Part shown: piece by piece, positions 13,117 through 26,430 of the stretch
Numbering within the stretch: the first letter of the stretch is position 1
How the letters are laid out: each line of letters begins with the position of its first letter
NCBI RefSeq assembly: GCF_037042905.1
Contig: NC_087251.1
Span: forward strand, 23,746,001-23,810,000
Reading direction: 5' to 3'
Length of the DNA stretch: 64,000 nucleotides
From: Lytechinus pictus
Lineage: Eukaryota
Program-made: the position numbers and the translations under genes
Notes under the pieces: generated by a model
What the model was told of the DNA's origin: nothing
The model's input: only the letters and a program-made list of their open reading frames with translations
Database searches by the model: none

Positions 13117-16100
13117 CTGCAAAAAAATAACAGAAGAGTAGCATTAATAATCCAAGCATTTTCTAATACAACGCATCTCAAAATAAAGATAAACCAAATT
13201 CACAAGGCTAATATTAAAGTTTTGAATATTACCAGGATATGAAAAAGCAACAGACATGCACAACTGAATGAATGCATCTGAAAGATAACGGGTATATATA
13301 TTCTTTTTGCAAGTTTTTTTGTGAAAAAGGTTAAGTGAATAGAAAGTAAGCAGTCAATCGGAATAAGCATCCTTTCAACCTTGCATTCATGAACACAGCA
13401 ATCAAAAGGCTTGACAAAAACACCATGTCCAGGGACTAAGAAATCACTCAGCTGAGGCATTAGAAAAACTTCCATCTCAGCCTAAGTTTTTGTACCTGTC
13501 CTCTTCAACTCTGATTATTTAGTTGAGTCATGTGAGGTGTCTGATGGTATATGGTATATCAATGAAATGCTGAAAAGTTGTCCTTTCATATTTTACAGCA
13601 ACATTAATTCTTCTCTGAATATTAGTCCTGTAATCAGATAACCTTTTAAAGATAAGCACTGTATATTTTGAGTGTTGACTCAATAGAGTATGATTTCAGA
13701 CAGTGCCCTTAAGGACGTTCCACAGTTATGTTTGTGCGCATAGTTTACACTCTGCGCGCTGACGTCACAATGGATGAACAGGTGATTAATTAGCTGCGGG
13801 TATGAGCTGATTTTCTCATCTTCTGCACTTTAACTGCAGATCCAATGTGTTATTTCATGAAGCTAAAAAGTGGAATTATTCCATGGACGATTTAAAAAAA
13901 ATTCTCTACAATTTCAAAATACTTTACTCTGCAGTGCTGCCAAGAATCACGAATATTACCCCGAGTTTGAATAAATGGTAGAGTGGTTTTGATTTTTTCT
14001 TCACATAGATACAAAGTATTCGGCGCATTTTTGGTGTTTTAAAAAGCACATTTGCTCTAATAAAAATGCTGATAGTTTAAAAACAAGCACATGAACCCCT
14101 ATTTTTTAATGTGTGTACCTCTTAGGTATACCTTCCTTTACAACTCTGCAAATTTTGGTGAAAATGACATGGATTTTGAATAAAGTGCAGCATTTATTGT
14201 ACGTTTGTAATTTGTTACTGAAATTTCACATTTTTTAGATTGGGATTTTGTTATCTTTTACGCCATTTTTAAGAACTGGCAGTGCTGTTAAGCTTAAAAT
14301 TGCAGACAAATAGCACTATAAATAGATTCTCCATTCTAACGATACAATTATTAACTCTCTTGCGAAATTTTATGACTTTTTCATGTATTTTGACTAAGTA
14401 ATAAAGGTTTAAACTCATTGTAGTAATCTTGGGCGGTCTAAATATGCCAAATTCTTTTGAATGCTCAATTTTTAAGAACATCAATTTTAATAGGTGAACT
14501 TTGAAGCTCTATAGCAAAAAATCAAGCACATGGACCTATGTTAATTTTTGCATATTTCGAATATTAAGGTTCTAAAGTATCTATGTGCAAAGTTTGGTGA
14601 AAATGACATGGATTTCACTTTAACTGTGGAACGTCCTTAAAATATCCAAGATTTCCAAGGATGACATTCAAATCGTATCAACACACAATGTATTAAATAA
14701 TGATAACTAGGCACAACTAACTCATGATTTCTATGCTCAATGCAAGGTTCTAAATTTGACAAATAAAGAACAAAAATACACTTTGAGTAAATAATGTGAC
14801 GTACATTCAAGTATTAATCTCACATTTACATTTTAAAAATACACAGAACCCAACATGATTTTTAACTGATTAATTCTTTGTTAAAATTAATATCAGATTA
14901 AAAGTGAAGATACTATTGAAATGATTTCCTCCTATTCTATGAGCGTAAAGGTTTTTTATACCCAAAGAACAAAAAGATAATTTTGGAGACCTATTTTTTT
15001 TTAGTAGATTAAAATGTAAATTTTATTAATTCATTAGTTTTATGTTGCACAATTTACCAACATGTATTTTCTAATGTCATATCTAATTTTATCTAATAAT
15101 TAATTCAATTAATTGAAGCTTCGTTGACATGTCCATGGCAAAAGTATAACCATTACCTTAAAGATCGCCTGTCCATCTCTGAAGTCCACAGGAGTGAGCT
15201 GTTGCATACGTTGCCATTTAATGAAAGACAGATGAGCTTCTGGACTGAGTAAGGCTTTGTGGTCACGAAGTAGATCTCTACTGACATACTTGGTCTTGGT
15301 ACCACTGTGCATGGTGGCATACAACATAAAAGGGTCATCTTCTGACCTGTATGGTAAGAGGCAAGGGATCAAAGGTCATTTGGCTGCAGAAGAGTGATGA
15401 AATGCAATAATCTTCAATATTTTCATCACAACGATGTAGATCAGAATAAAATATCAGTTTGAATAGAACATTGAATTACACATCATTTGTTTTTGGCCAG
15501 CAGCATGGGCTGAACGGGTCAATTTACAAACTGTTCAATGAGGTTGAAACAAAAAATATAATTCAAGAGCAACATAGTAACAACATATAAGATATAAGAG
15601 ATTACATGAAAATAATGGATTTCTAAGGCTATGTACTGGAAATACAATTTTATGAAAGGAGTGGTAGAGAGAAGAGGAACAGTGTAATGTAGCATGCAAA
15701 CAGTGTCTTTTGTTTCAATGCACAGAGTTTGCAAATGGTACAATTGATATTTTTACTGTAAAAAAAAAATCTATTAGCTATTTAGAAACTATTAGATAAG
15801 CTCCAGGTAAGCTCTTTAATATTTGTCATTTGAGATATTCCATAAATGTACATCCTACTCGCCATGTTTGGACCTTCCCAAAGTGATTTGTCCCTGTTTT
15901 GTGCTTCATATCAAAAGGTGTATGGTTTTTTAATAATTATAGCTTGTGCTTGAGTATTTAATTAATAGAAGTACAAAATTAAGAAAAATGGCAGTCGGAT
16001 GAACAGAAAGATTCATCATTTAACAGTATACAATACTTTTGCATTGGATACTTACATATTTTGGGTAAAGAAGCAGTCAGCCAAGTCTTGTATAACACCC

Positions 16101-18962
16101 AAGTCATTTTTATCATACTGAGATCTTTGTTTCAACATATGATGTCTTCCAAGGACAAGACAGCGGTAACCACGGTTCTTGGTAAGGTATTCCACAAATT
16201 GTCTCAGCTGGGACACCAAAACATAAACCATAATATGAACACTGAAATAATCATCTCATTTATTGTAGCATTGTGTCTTTGAAGGGTCTTATAGATAAAT
16301 ATTATCATTAATCAGGTCTAGCAACCATCAAGTATGGCAAACAGAATGTAGGCTATATGTTAGGTAATATCTAGCAAAAGCATTAATTGCTTGTAATTTA
16401 TGGTAATACATTCAACCAAATATTTTGTGGAATTTAAAGCATTGCTTTAATTAGAATTATGCTTTTACATGATTTATAAACTTAACTATGACTGACTTGG
16501 ATGCACACAAACGTTCTAGCCTTCAATTTTAGAAAATAAAGGCCAAACTATTCAGACAAAATCATTGCTTTTTATCATAAGTACCAAGACACATTTGGGA
16601 GATTTTTAACACACCACTTTTCCTGGTGACTTTCTCTTCTTGAGTTTTGCAACGTTGAGTCCATCTATGACAATGTCATATGAGGGTCCAGAATCAATGA
16701 AATCCATGAATGCATCAAGTTCCTTTGGAGTGGTCTTCCTGAAGATATCCTTACCTCTTATTACCTAACATAAAGGAAGAAAGAAAGAGAGAAAGAATGT
16801 ACACTATGACTAAAGAATAAATACGAGTAAAATATGACACATTTTAAAAGGAGATAAAATAATCATGCAGGGACACAGGAAACGTGTATAACTTGATTTT
16901 TGCAAAGTCTTAAAGAAAAGAACAAAAATGCCTATTCAGATTTAGCAAGTTACAAATATAACAAAGACTTTATATCAACCAAATCAAATATTGAAAATAA
17001 TGCCAATATGGTGACACCAATAAGAGTGAACATAATTTTTTTCCAAAAAATTATCTCTATACACTGTTTTTTACTTGAATACCTTGCTAAAGATCTCTTC
17101 TCTAAGATTGATGAACTCTTCCTCACTTATCTGCAGAGGTTCAAGATGACTGGAGCAAGACTTACAAACCCCTGTAGGGCTCATCTGGGTGAAAGAAACT
17201 CGCCATGTCTCATGTTGCTTGCTAAGATAAAGTAGAGACAAAAATAAAATTATATTACATATATGTAAGAATTATTGGAATTCATTGATTTTAGTTGACA
17301 TTACAAAAATCTTTCATCATATAGAATACAGATCAAATTCTGGCCTTTCATAATGAGTTGGTGACTGACATAATACTAATAGTTGAGAGAACATACTCCA
17401 TAGCTCAATGAAATTCTAGAATACAAAGAAATAATAATCCTATATCACATTTCAAGCAATCATAGATATACTGAGCACATATTAGCCATCTTCTTTCTAA
17501 ATGCCCCCCCTGAAGAAATGGAAATGTTACAAGATTAGGGGGGTGCTTCACAAAGAGTTTTAGCATGACTTAGAGTCGCACGTAAATGTCCAGTTGCTTG
17601 CTGAATAAAGGCATCACCATATTGGTCAAATCATGCTATTCACATGCTAAGTACTGCAAATTATTTATATCATATATCATCTCGGCATCAGTCACACTTA
17701 ACTCTTTGTGAAACACCTCCAGGGGTATTGCACTCTGTGATTCAATGTCCTCTATCTTCATTTGCTATTTTGTTTTGTTGTTTTTAAAACAAAATTTTCA
17801 AGTATATGATACATACTCTGAATTACATATATTAGAAACTCAGAAGTTAATTAATTTAGACAATTCTAACTATCAGTGGAACTTTAATGAAAAATAACTT
17901 ATCATGAATTCACCTCTTGAACCAGTAACCCAGTTCCTTTGCAACATCATGTGAAGGAAAGTGCCTCTTCGCCCTCTGATAATTCAAGAGTCCAATCACC
18001 ACATCCACATTGTCCTGTAGAACAGAATGGTCCTCAACGCTGCTAGTAAAGGATGAGAGCATCTCTATAACACTGGCATCTGTTGGTATGAGATCTCTTC
18101 TGTAGTGGTCTTCCAGCAGAGATCTGGCAAGACATTTATCACCATGCTGACAAGAAGCAATCAGGTAAGGTTCTAGGATTCTTGACGTCACGCAATCGGC
18201 ATCATTTGCCTTCGCAAGAAACCTGCTGCTCTCCTTCCATCGGTCTGTCATACACAAACCAGATACAGCATTGGCTATGGTTCCCTTATCCATCATCCTA
18301 TGGTTCTCCTCTAACCAATCAACACACCAGAGAATTCCTTCAAGATCCTGACACGTTGTACACATGAAGAGACATTTACTCACTAACTGATACTTCAAGG
18401 CAGAGGGTTCATCCTTGATGAAGGCAACAAGAGACTTCGCAGACACCGATAGCCCTTGTGCAGCAATTGATTCCATGGCCCGCAGTTCATATTCAAAAGT
18501 GCTTCTTGCTATGTAGTGCTTTTTCTGTCGCTTCTGCTCTTCCATCCACTTGATTTTCATGTGGTTCCACTGTTCTACTGTAAACCATTGGTCTTCAGTA
18601 AAATCAAGTAGTTTTCTACTTCTCCTCCTTGACCCACTTTCTTCTGTATGCTTATCATCTTGCATCAAAGTACTTTCATGTGTCACTGTCCTCTGATGCA
18701 TGAAAATTGAAGATGGGACAGCATTTACACTCAAGTGACAAGGATATAGGAATCCACATTTTCTTCCATGGTTTGTGAATATTGACTGAAGAGTACTAAT
18801 TTGTGAAATATACAATGAAGTTCTACCACAAAATCTGAATGATTCAGCTCTTCTTCCAAATAATATCTTCATGCCAAATGACTTCAGTTGATTGCCTCTA
18901 GGAGCCACTTGCTTCATGCTACATATTGATAAAAGAAGAGCCATATTCTTTGGCACAAGCAT
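12991..18962 (-). CDS. PRORP: Mitochondrial protein-only RNase P catalytic subunit (MRPP3); exons 18962-17914, 17221-17083, 16764-16615, 16207-16056, 15346-15157, 13116-12991 (~601 aa)
   Basis: Basic N-terminus and PPR-like helical region. Zn ligands CKSC and WHIPY..WLC. NYN catalytic motifs [33 protein letters not shown] and [10 protein letters not shown]. All introns GT-AG and phase-consistent; TAA at 12993-12991. Confidence 0.95.
13713..14636. mobile_element. 924-bp non-autonomous TTAA DNA transposon (Kolobok-like) in the last PRORP intron
   Basis: Perfect 16-bp TIRs GGACGTTCCACAGTTA with TTAA on both sides; internal direct repeat TTTGGTGAAAATGACATGGATTT present twice. Confidence 0.9.
15157..15346 (-). 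CDS. PRORP: PRORP coding exon 5 ([11 protein letters not shown]...RDLLRDHKA...FIKWQ)
   Basis: Catalytic aspartates present; AAG|gtaatg donor. Confidence 0.92.
16056..16207 (-). CDS. PRORP: PRORP coding exon 4 (LRQFVEYL...LVLGRHHML...DCFF)
   Basis: cccag| acceptor and |gtaagt donor. Confidence 0.9.
16615..16764 (-). CDS. PRORP: PRORP coding exon 3 (...[11 protein letters not shown]...[12 protein letters not shown]...)
   Basis: 150 nt in frame; first catalytic Asp motif. Confidence 0.9.
17083..17221 (-). CDS. PRORP: PRORP coding exon 2 ([36 protein letters not shown]...)
   Basis: cttag| acceptor and AAG|gtattc donor; CxxC zinc motif. Confidence 0.9.
17538..17720. mobile_element. Short MITE in a PRORP intron
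   Basis: GGGGGGTGCTTCACAAAGAGTT ... AACTCTTTGTGAAACACCTCC inverted termini. Confidence 0.7.
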
Positions 18963-21628
18963 ATCAATATCTCAATTGTTAAATGTAAAACAATACAAGA
19001 TATTAACATAACCAGTCTTGGTAGAACTTTGGCAGACACACTCCATATAAGAACATCAGTTCTGAAATAGCAAAAACAATTGATCAAATTAAATGTCTGA
19101 CAGTAAATTGGAATTAATATAAATAAAAATAGGAAACATATTTGGTGAATTTAATGAAGCTGGATAGCAAATTTATGAATTTTTTAAACATTTTATCTTT
19201 ATGACTAGAAAACTGTTCCCCAATGTATTGACATTAATTGGTGATTTGTGACAATCATGAGAAATTGTGTATCTCCTAATTCATCCTCAAGTCTGTATGT
19301 CCCTAGGAGTTCAATACTGTAGTTTGTCCCAGAAAAAAAAAAAGATATGAGAATCATTTATGCTTCATCATAACTCAATATGATTAAAAAATGACACATC
19401 ATGGTAAAGCTTAGAGTCTCCTCTCTCATCTGATGTAAATAAAATGATGCCACATCATTTAATAATGATTTGAAAAAAAATCTAAAGATAGCAAAAAGTA
19501 ATTTCGCGTACAGTATCTCAATGTAAATTATAAAATCACATGCCTTCAAAGTTCCTTATCTGCTCCATATCATATAGAGTGATCTGCTCTTTATATTAAT
19601 GCCCAGGCCAGTGCAGAGACCATAAAAGATGCCAGATCAAAATTGTCTCTACCTTTCACGTTTGCATATTTTTGCTTTTGTATATTAACACATCGTATGG
19701 AGATGGAAGACTGTAAATCAGATGGAGTGATCAAGTTGAACAGGATTACCTCACCTCATAACATTATGATGATAATATTTAGCCTTGTTTCTTGTATTTA
19801 TTGTCAAAAGTTCACCATTTTCAAGTCTAATTTCAATCAATTTATTAGAAAAATTTTTTAGCTTTCAAGCTATTTAGAACCATGCCATTGCGTTAGTGTA
19901 GCATAGAGCTTTGACGTGACCTGTTTTTTTAATTTTACTGCAAGTCAAGAGTCCATTTGATGGCAAAAAATTAGTTTTTTTAATTTTCTCTATAGAAATT
20001 CTATACCTCAGATTTGCTATATTTTTAAATATATATATATATATATATTACAGGTGGACTAGGATATGTTGCCATTTCAAGGTATTTTCACATTCATAAT
20101 CAAAGAAAATTACTAAACTAATTTAAGAATAACAAAAATCTACTTCTTTAAATTAAACCAATTCTTGCATTGATTTTTTTTCTTGAGCACTTGAGTGGAT
20201 AAATGCTTTTTTTAACCCAGTCAGTTTGGCCAAAAGCTAAATGATTTCTTTCAAATATTTTTTTTTGTAGGAAAGAAAGAAACCGTAAAAATGTCGGACT
20301 ATCATGATCACGCTCACAACGCGTCTCACGAACACATCCTCTCACACGTATTGCGAGGTTAGTATTACTGGTATACTAACACATCACATACGCATTGAGT
20401 TACACAGCATCGACGCTCCAACTAAAAAATAAACATATGGGACCGTGATAAGAGCAAAAGTGGATAGCGGACGACGCGGTTTTTTAGAACACAGATTAAC
20501 TTGGCATTTTGGAGTGATATATCAGTCTCTTTTGATATAAATTATACAAGAGAAATCAAAAATCGTGATATAGGCCCCGCTCGAGAAAAACTTGTAATCG
20601 ATCATACCTCAATATCTAGGTTGCTAACTTCAGCTCACTATATATACTCGTGATATAGGCCCCGCTGCTGTGTTGAATGGCTTAGAATGTCCGTTCGCGG
20701 GGCCTGTTTCACGAGTATATACTATAACCGTTATATAGGCCCCGCATACGGCACTTCAGACACTCCAACACAGTAGCGGGGCCTATATCACGAGTATATT
20801 ATTAAGCTTGCATCCTAAGATAGTCGCGAAACTGGCCCCGTCCAATGCGCTTTTCCCAGCATTCGCACGTGTGTGGGGCTCGGATGACGGCTATTAGTCT
20901 ACTCGTTATCGAGGCCCCTTACACTGTTATATCATGGAAAATAACGTGGTTGTGGAGCTTGTTTCCCCGGCCGGTGAGAATTATCATGGGCGGCGCTGGA
21001 GGGGGGGGAGGGCCTCAAATTCATTTTCCAAATAACCAAGGAGAGAGAATAATAAAAATGTGTATGTGTTTATTTGTCGATTTACTTATATATTAATATA
21101 GTTATTAATTTGTATTTATTTATTTATCAATCTATTTCTATTGCCATGTATTTCATTCATCTTTTAATTTTTTTGTATTATTTATTTTTCTTTTGTGATA
21201 TAGAGAGTCAGAGGTATCATTCGTTTTTAATTCTTTTTATGTGTGGAAGTTCATTTATTTATTTATTATCTATATATTTATTCGTTTATATTTTTTAATT
21301 ATTTTTCGTTATCTGAGAGGCGTGCGTAGGCCTAGGTCTTATGTTGATACAGGCTCGTACATTTCATTCATTTTTATTCATTCTGTAAGTTCTTGTGGAT
21401 ATACAAAATGATGACGGCAATCAACGTAAAGCTCAGAATATTTACTCTTTCACCTGGTATCCTCAGAAGATTCCTCGATCATTCAGGCATGAATGACTCT
21501 AACAATTTGAAGAAAGTATTATAATCAAAATTTAAAAATAATCGTTTACCTTTTTTGAATTAGTCGTGGTTGAAGGGTGTTATAACCTTATTTTTTCGTT
21601 ACATAAAATGAATTTATAGTTTATTTAA

Positions 21629-22209
21629 AGGTCAAGTTCACCCCAGAAAAATCTTGATTTGAATAAATAGAGAAAAATCAAACTAGCATAACGCTGGAAA
21701 TTTTATCAAAATCGGATGTAAAATAAGAAAGTTGTGATATTTGAAAGTTTCGCTTATTTTTCACAAAACAGTGATATGCACAACTCATATTGCTTGCAAA
21801 TGATACAGTTGATGATGTCCCTCGCTATTTCTTTTGTTTTGTTATTGTTTGAATTATACAATATTTCAATTTTCACAGATTTTACAATAAGGGCCAACGT
21901 GACTGAACCATATATTCCACATGTTCAGAGAGGAATTAATCATTGTTTCACTTGACAATGAGGAGAAAATTTGAAAATATATTTCATATAATAAAATACT
22001 AAAGAAATAGTGAGTGGGTGGCGTCATCAGTTTCCTCATTTGCATACCGACCTGGATGTGCATATATAACTATTATTTTGAATTAAACTAAACTTCAAAA
22101 TGTTATAACTTTCTTATTTTACATCCGATTTTTATGAAATTTTCAGCGTTATGATCGCTCGATTTTCCTCTTTTTATTCAAATCAAATTTTATGGGATGG
22201 ACTTGTCCT
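21629..22209 (-). mobile_element. Family A TTAA MITE copy 3, nested in the foldback element
   Basis: TTAA|AGGTCAAGTTCACCCC ... GGGATGGACTTGTCCT; opposite orientation to 8410-9003. Confidence 0.85.
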
Positions 22210-25200
22210 TTACATTAATTTTGTTATTCATGTATTTGTTTGTATTAAACTTTTTGTTTTATTTGATGTTAGACCAACAATTATCGTTAATTTCTCTTTT
22301 TTGTGTATGGATTTGATCTCTCTCTCTATACCGTATATTATTATCTATATAACAAACTATATTTTGTTACCTTATAATACCACTGAAGGCAATACGTGAA
22401 ACGTTTATATATTGATATATATATATATAGAGAGAGAGAGAGAGGGGGGGCCTAATACATTACTATTTCAAGTTCTCCTTCGTATTGCTTCACTTATTCA
22501 TTTCCTGGTTTATTCATTTATTCGTTCATGTTTGTGCTGTTTTGGGAAAAAAATGTTGTCTATTAATTGACACGATAGGCCTACCCCGAGAGGGGGCAGT
22601 ATACCCTGACGTAAAGTTGATGATAATTAAAGCAGAAACTAGAAAAAATATTCTTAAAGGTTTGCTGAAAATATATTTTTTTAATTGCCACGCATTTTGG
22701 TTAAGAAGTTCGCTATTCTCTAATCAAATATTTCCATTCTCACACTTTAATTAATGTTTATTATATTAAATTGTATTCTACTCATTTATAATGTAATGAA
22801 TGACTTGCTAAGATCAATTGTAACGTCACTTTCACCTGCCCAGTAACCTGCACAATCAAGGTACTAATGGATAATTTGTTTTTCTGTTCCAATCATGAAG
22901 AAGCGTAAATGAAAATCAGCCCCTTAGTTTGGGATTTTGAAAACACAAAAACGAAATCACAACGAGAATAACGTGTTGTGATTTGGTTTTTGTATATCAA
23001 AAAACAGAAAAATTAAATTAGAAAAACTTTTGTGCTTTATCTGATTTCTCATGCTAAATTTGTGTTTGTATATATATAAAAAAAAAACAATATCAGAACA
23101 TGCCACGATTCGTGACCTCACTGTCAACTGCATGAAAAACAGCACCTATAGAATTGTTGGATGTCGCCTAGCAACAGGATACTATGTTAGTGGTAATTAA
23201 ACTACATGTAAATCGATGTAAAATATTGATATTCACAGATGAATCCAACATGACCAAGCAATATCATTTTGGTTATATATCCTAAATATAATGCTAATCA
23301 AATAAAGCTAATTTCTTACCCTACAGAAACTATATTAGACGAAACTGACAAGGTAACAAATGTCACTTAAACACAACAGTCATATCATTTTGTCTTCAAA
23401 AAATTTAATCATACAAACAAAGAAATTTATGAAGCATGATTTGATTATTAAATCAAGTTATGTAAATCTCAAATATAGAGAAATTAAAAAAAATATCCAC
23501 GCAAATCATATTCGATAAACGATCAAGCAGGGCACTGGGAACGATTTTTAGTAGGGGGTGCTGTGGGTTTTGTTTGAAAAAATTGCAAAAAAGAAGAAAA
23601 AACATTACACTCCAAGATGATGGGGATTTTGGTAAAAAATTATTGCTCCCAAATAAAAAAGAATTACAATCGATTATAGACCTATAATTTTATGCTCCCA
23701 TCAATTCAAACAAAACGATTCAAGGAAAACGTCAATTATACTAAAATCATTTAAAATGCATTATTATCCTTTGTAATGGATCAAATTCGACAAGGAAAGT
23801 TAAGTGTTGAACAAGATGCCCCCCCCCCTCCTCTCTCACTCCTACATGTCAGCAGTGTTTAAAAACATAACCTTTTCGTGTCGATATAAATTATATCAAC
23901 AAAATTCATCTCGAACTTCGATTGCATTCGCATGCTATTTTCAAGTGTGAAAATAAAATCAGCTCGTGCTCCTCTTTCACATCCTGTTCATGCGTCACTG
24001 TAAAGTCCTTTTCCCATTTTCAGTTCAGTAATTAAAATATTAAATAAACGTTTGTTGTTTAGGGTTTATAAGAGCTTAGTGTGCTCCATTCATAGCTTTT
24101 AACACATGGATTATAATTAATTTTTTTTTTCACAGTTAGCGTTCTCGTTTAGTTCGACCGTATAGTCATGGTAGGCCTATCTTGTTGGTAAATATTAAAG
24201 TAAAATGTACATAAACTTCCCTATCACAACGCCCCCCCCAAAAAAAAAAAAAAAAAAAAAAAACTTACCTTTTCCTCTTTGAGTGGCCGACCAGGGATTT
24301 CATGAATGGCAATGTGTCCAACCGGCCTGTACGGCTGTACCCCCGCCCCTTTAAAAATACTGAACCCGTACCTGTGTGTATATTTTTTTCTGACGCATTC
24401 AACCAGACAGACCTATGCGCCACCAACTGTCTTCTCAAATTTGCGCCCCCCCCCCCCCCCCCCCCGCTACGAAATCTCGGATCTGGGGGACACATTAAAC
24501 TCCTGAAATAAAATATCACAGATAAGGAAATAGTAGAATAATTCGTGCATGAAAATAAATTATAAGAACACATTGAGACACTTTTCCGGAATTATTAAAT
24601 CTTTTAATAAAATCGGGGGCGAGGGTGTATGAATTAGTAAATAAATGAATACCATATAGGCGAAGAAAAAAAATGCAATATTTGGATGGCGAATTAATGA
24701 AATGACGATCGATCAATAAATGTTTTTTATAATAATTTGTTGATGCGATATGCCGTTATTTCAGGCCTACTATACCATGTATACCAGCAAACAATCGAAA
24801 TCCATCATTTTTAAAACCATACCATCAAATACAGTTACAAACAATCTTCAAGTGGATTGATTAAAATGAATGCAGGATGAGAAAATAATTTAAGTTGATA
24901 GGTTAATTTGCTGAAGAAATACTGGGATATCGATGAACGGTAAATTAGTAAGCTTTTAAAAAAATAAAAGATTAATAAATTGATATTTAGGTAAGAGAGA
25001 AAACGTACTTAACGTACTTAGATAATATAGATATTGATAGGCCTATCCCCAATTGTGGGGGCCGGGAGGGGGATAAGTCACAGTAAAATATAGATTAAGT
25101 TAATTATAGCGTAGATATCCCTCAAGCAATTATAAAATTGACCAAAAGAAAATTAATACATTTTCCCCGAATGAATATGCCTATTCGTTTTCTTTTCTGA

Positions 25201-25835
25201 ACTTAAATGGATGAAAAGTGGGGAAGCGGGGGGGGGGGTTTATGAAAGGAATGAAAAAAATACAAATTGATAATACGCAGGAAGCCAGATGAATGATTCA
25301 ATATTGAATAAGAGAAGAAAGCCGATTTGAAAAAAATGTATATTGACTTCTTACATCCAGGTGATTATAAATAGATTATGATACATGAATGAATAAATGG
25401 ATTCATTCGCAGCATTACGTCAAGTGAAAGATTGGGGGAAATTATACACGAACTATACAATTTAATAATTAATGACACCTCCCTCCCCGCAAAAAATTAT
25501 TCAAATGAAATGCTGAATAAAACGAGGTTATCAAATAACTAGCAAATACAAATTACGATGGATAATGGAACAAAAATAACTATATATAGGCCTAACGTTA
25601 CATCGAAAACACTCCAAAAAGATTAGCAAATGAATGAATCATTCACGGATTTATCAAAAGTTATTCAGAGAGCAGATCTTTAAAAGCAAAATATTAGCAA
25701 CACGAGGGCGGCGTCAGGTTGTGAGGGGTCTGGTTGATTTTTCTCTGAAAACTGGAAGGATAACATCATGCCTAAAACAAGTCGCCCATATGGATCCTAC
25801 TCCATTGTCATGCAGAGTTTTTATACTCACTTCTT

Positions 25836-26037
25836 TATTATTCCCTTGTTCTTTTGAAAATAAATTGGAGCCCCCCGGGCCCCTACAGCGCCGCGCATGA
25901 TACCACTCACCGGGGAATCAAGACCCACGACCACGCTATTTTCCATGATATAACAAGTGTAAGGGGCCTCGATAACGAGCTCAATAGCCGTCATCCGAGC
26001 CCCACACACGGCGAATGCTGGGACAAGCGCATTGGAC
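25836..26037. repeat. Diverged third, partial copy of the foldback TIR inner segment
   Basis: Direct repeat of ~26430-26659 (TTTTCCATGATATAACA..GTGTAAGGGGCCTCGATAACGAG..AATAGCCGTCATC..GCGCATTGGAC). Confidence 0.85.
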
Positions 26038-26039
26038 AT

Positions 26040-26430
26040 CACAAAAAAACTGAAAACAAATAAATTAAATGATTAATGAATAAATATAAATACATTAATT
26101 AATCAACATAAATACATTAATTAATCAATTAAAATAGATTGAAATAAGTGAACTTCCACACATAAAAATAATTAAAAACGAATGATACCTCTTACTCTCT
26201 ATATCACAAAAGAAAAAAAAACTGAAAACAAATAAATTAAATGATTAATTAATTAATTAAAATAGATTGAAATAAATGATACCTCTGACTCTCTATATCA
26301 CAAAAGAAAAAAAACTGAAAACAAATAAATTAAATGATTAATTAATCAATTAAAATAGATTGAAATAAATGATACCTCTGACTCTCTATATCACAAAAGA
26401 AAAAAAAAAGAAAACAAATAAATTAAAATT
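26040..26430. repeat. AT-rich ~93-bp tandem array (about 3 units plus partials)
   Basis: Unit TGATACCTCTGACTCTCTATATCACAAAAGAAAAAAAACTGAAAACAAATAAATTAAATGATTAATT... at ~26183, 26277 and 26370; one inverted copy at ~21180-21260. Confidence 0.85.

Noticed and set aside
20563-20797. CRISPR-like repeat/30-nt spacer pattern
   Set aside because: The repeats alternate in orientation, the spacers are homologous to each other, the context is eukaryotic and there are no cas genes.
20845-21096. Triplicated small ORF (also 25827-26042 and 26433-26654) as a peptide family
   Set aside because: A by-product of the TIR copies; frames differ through indels and poly-G length; no coding signature.
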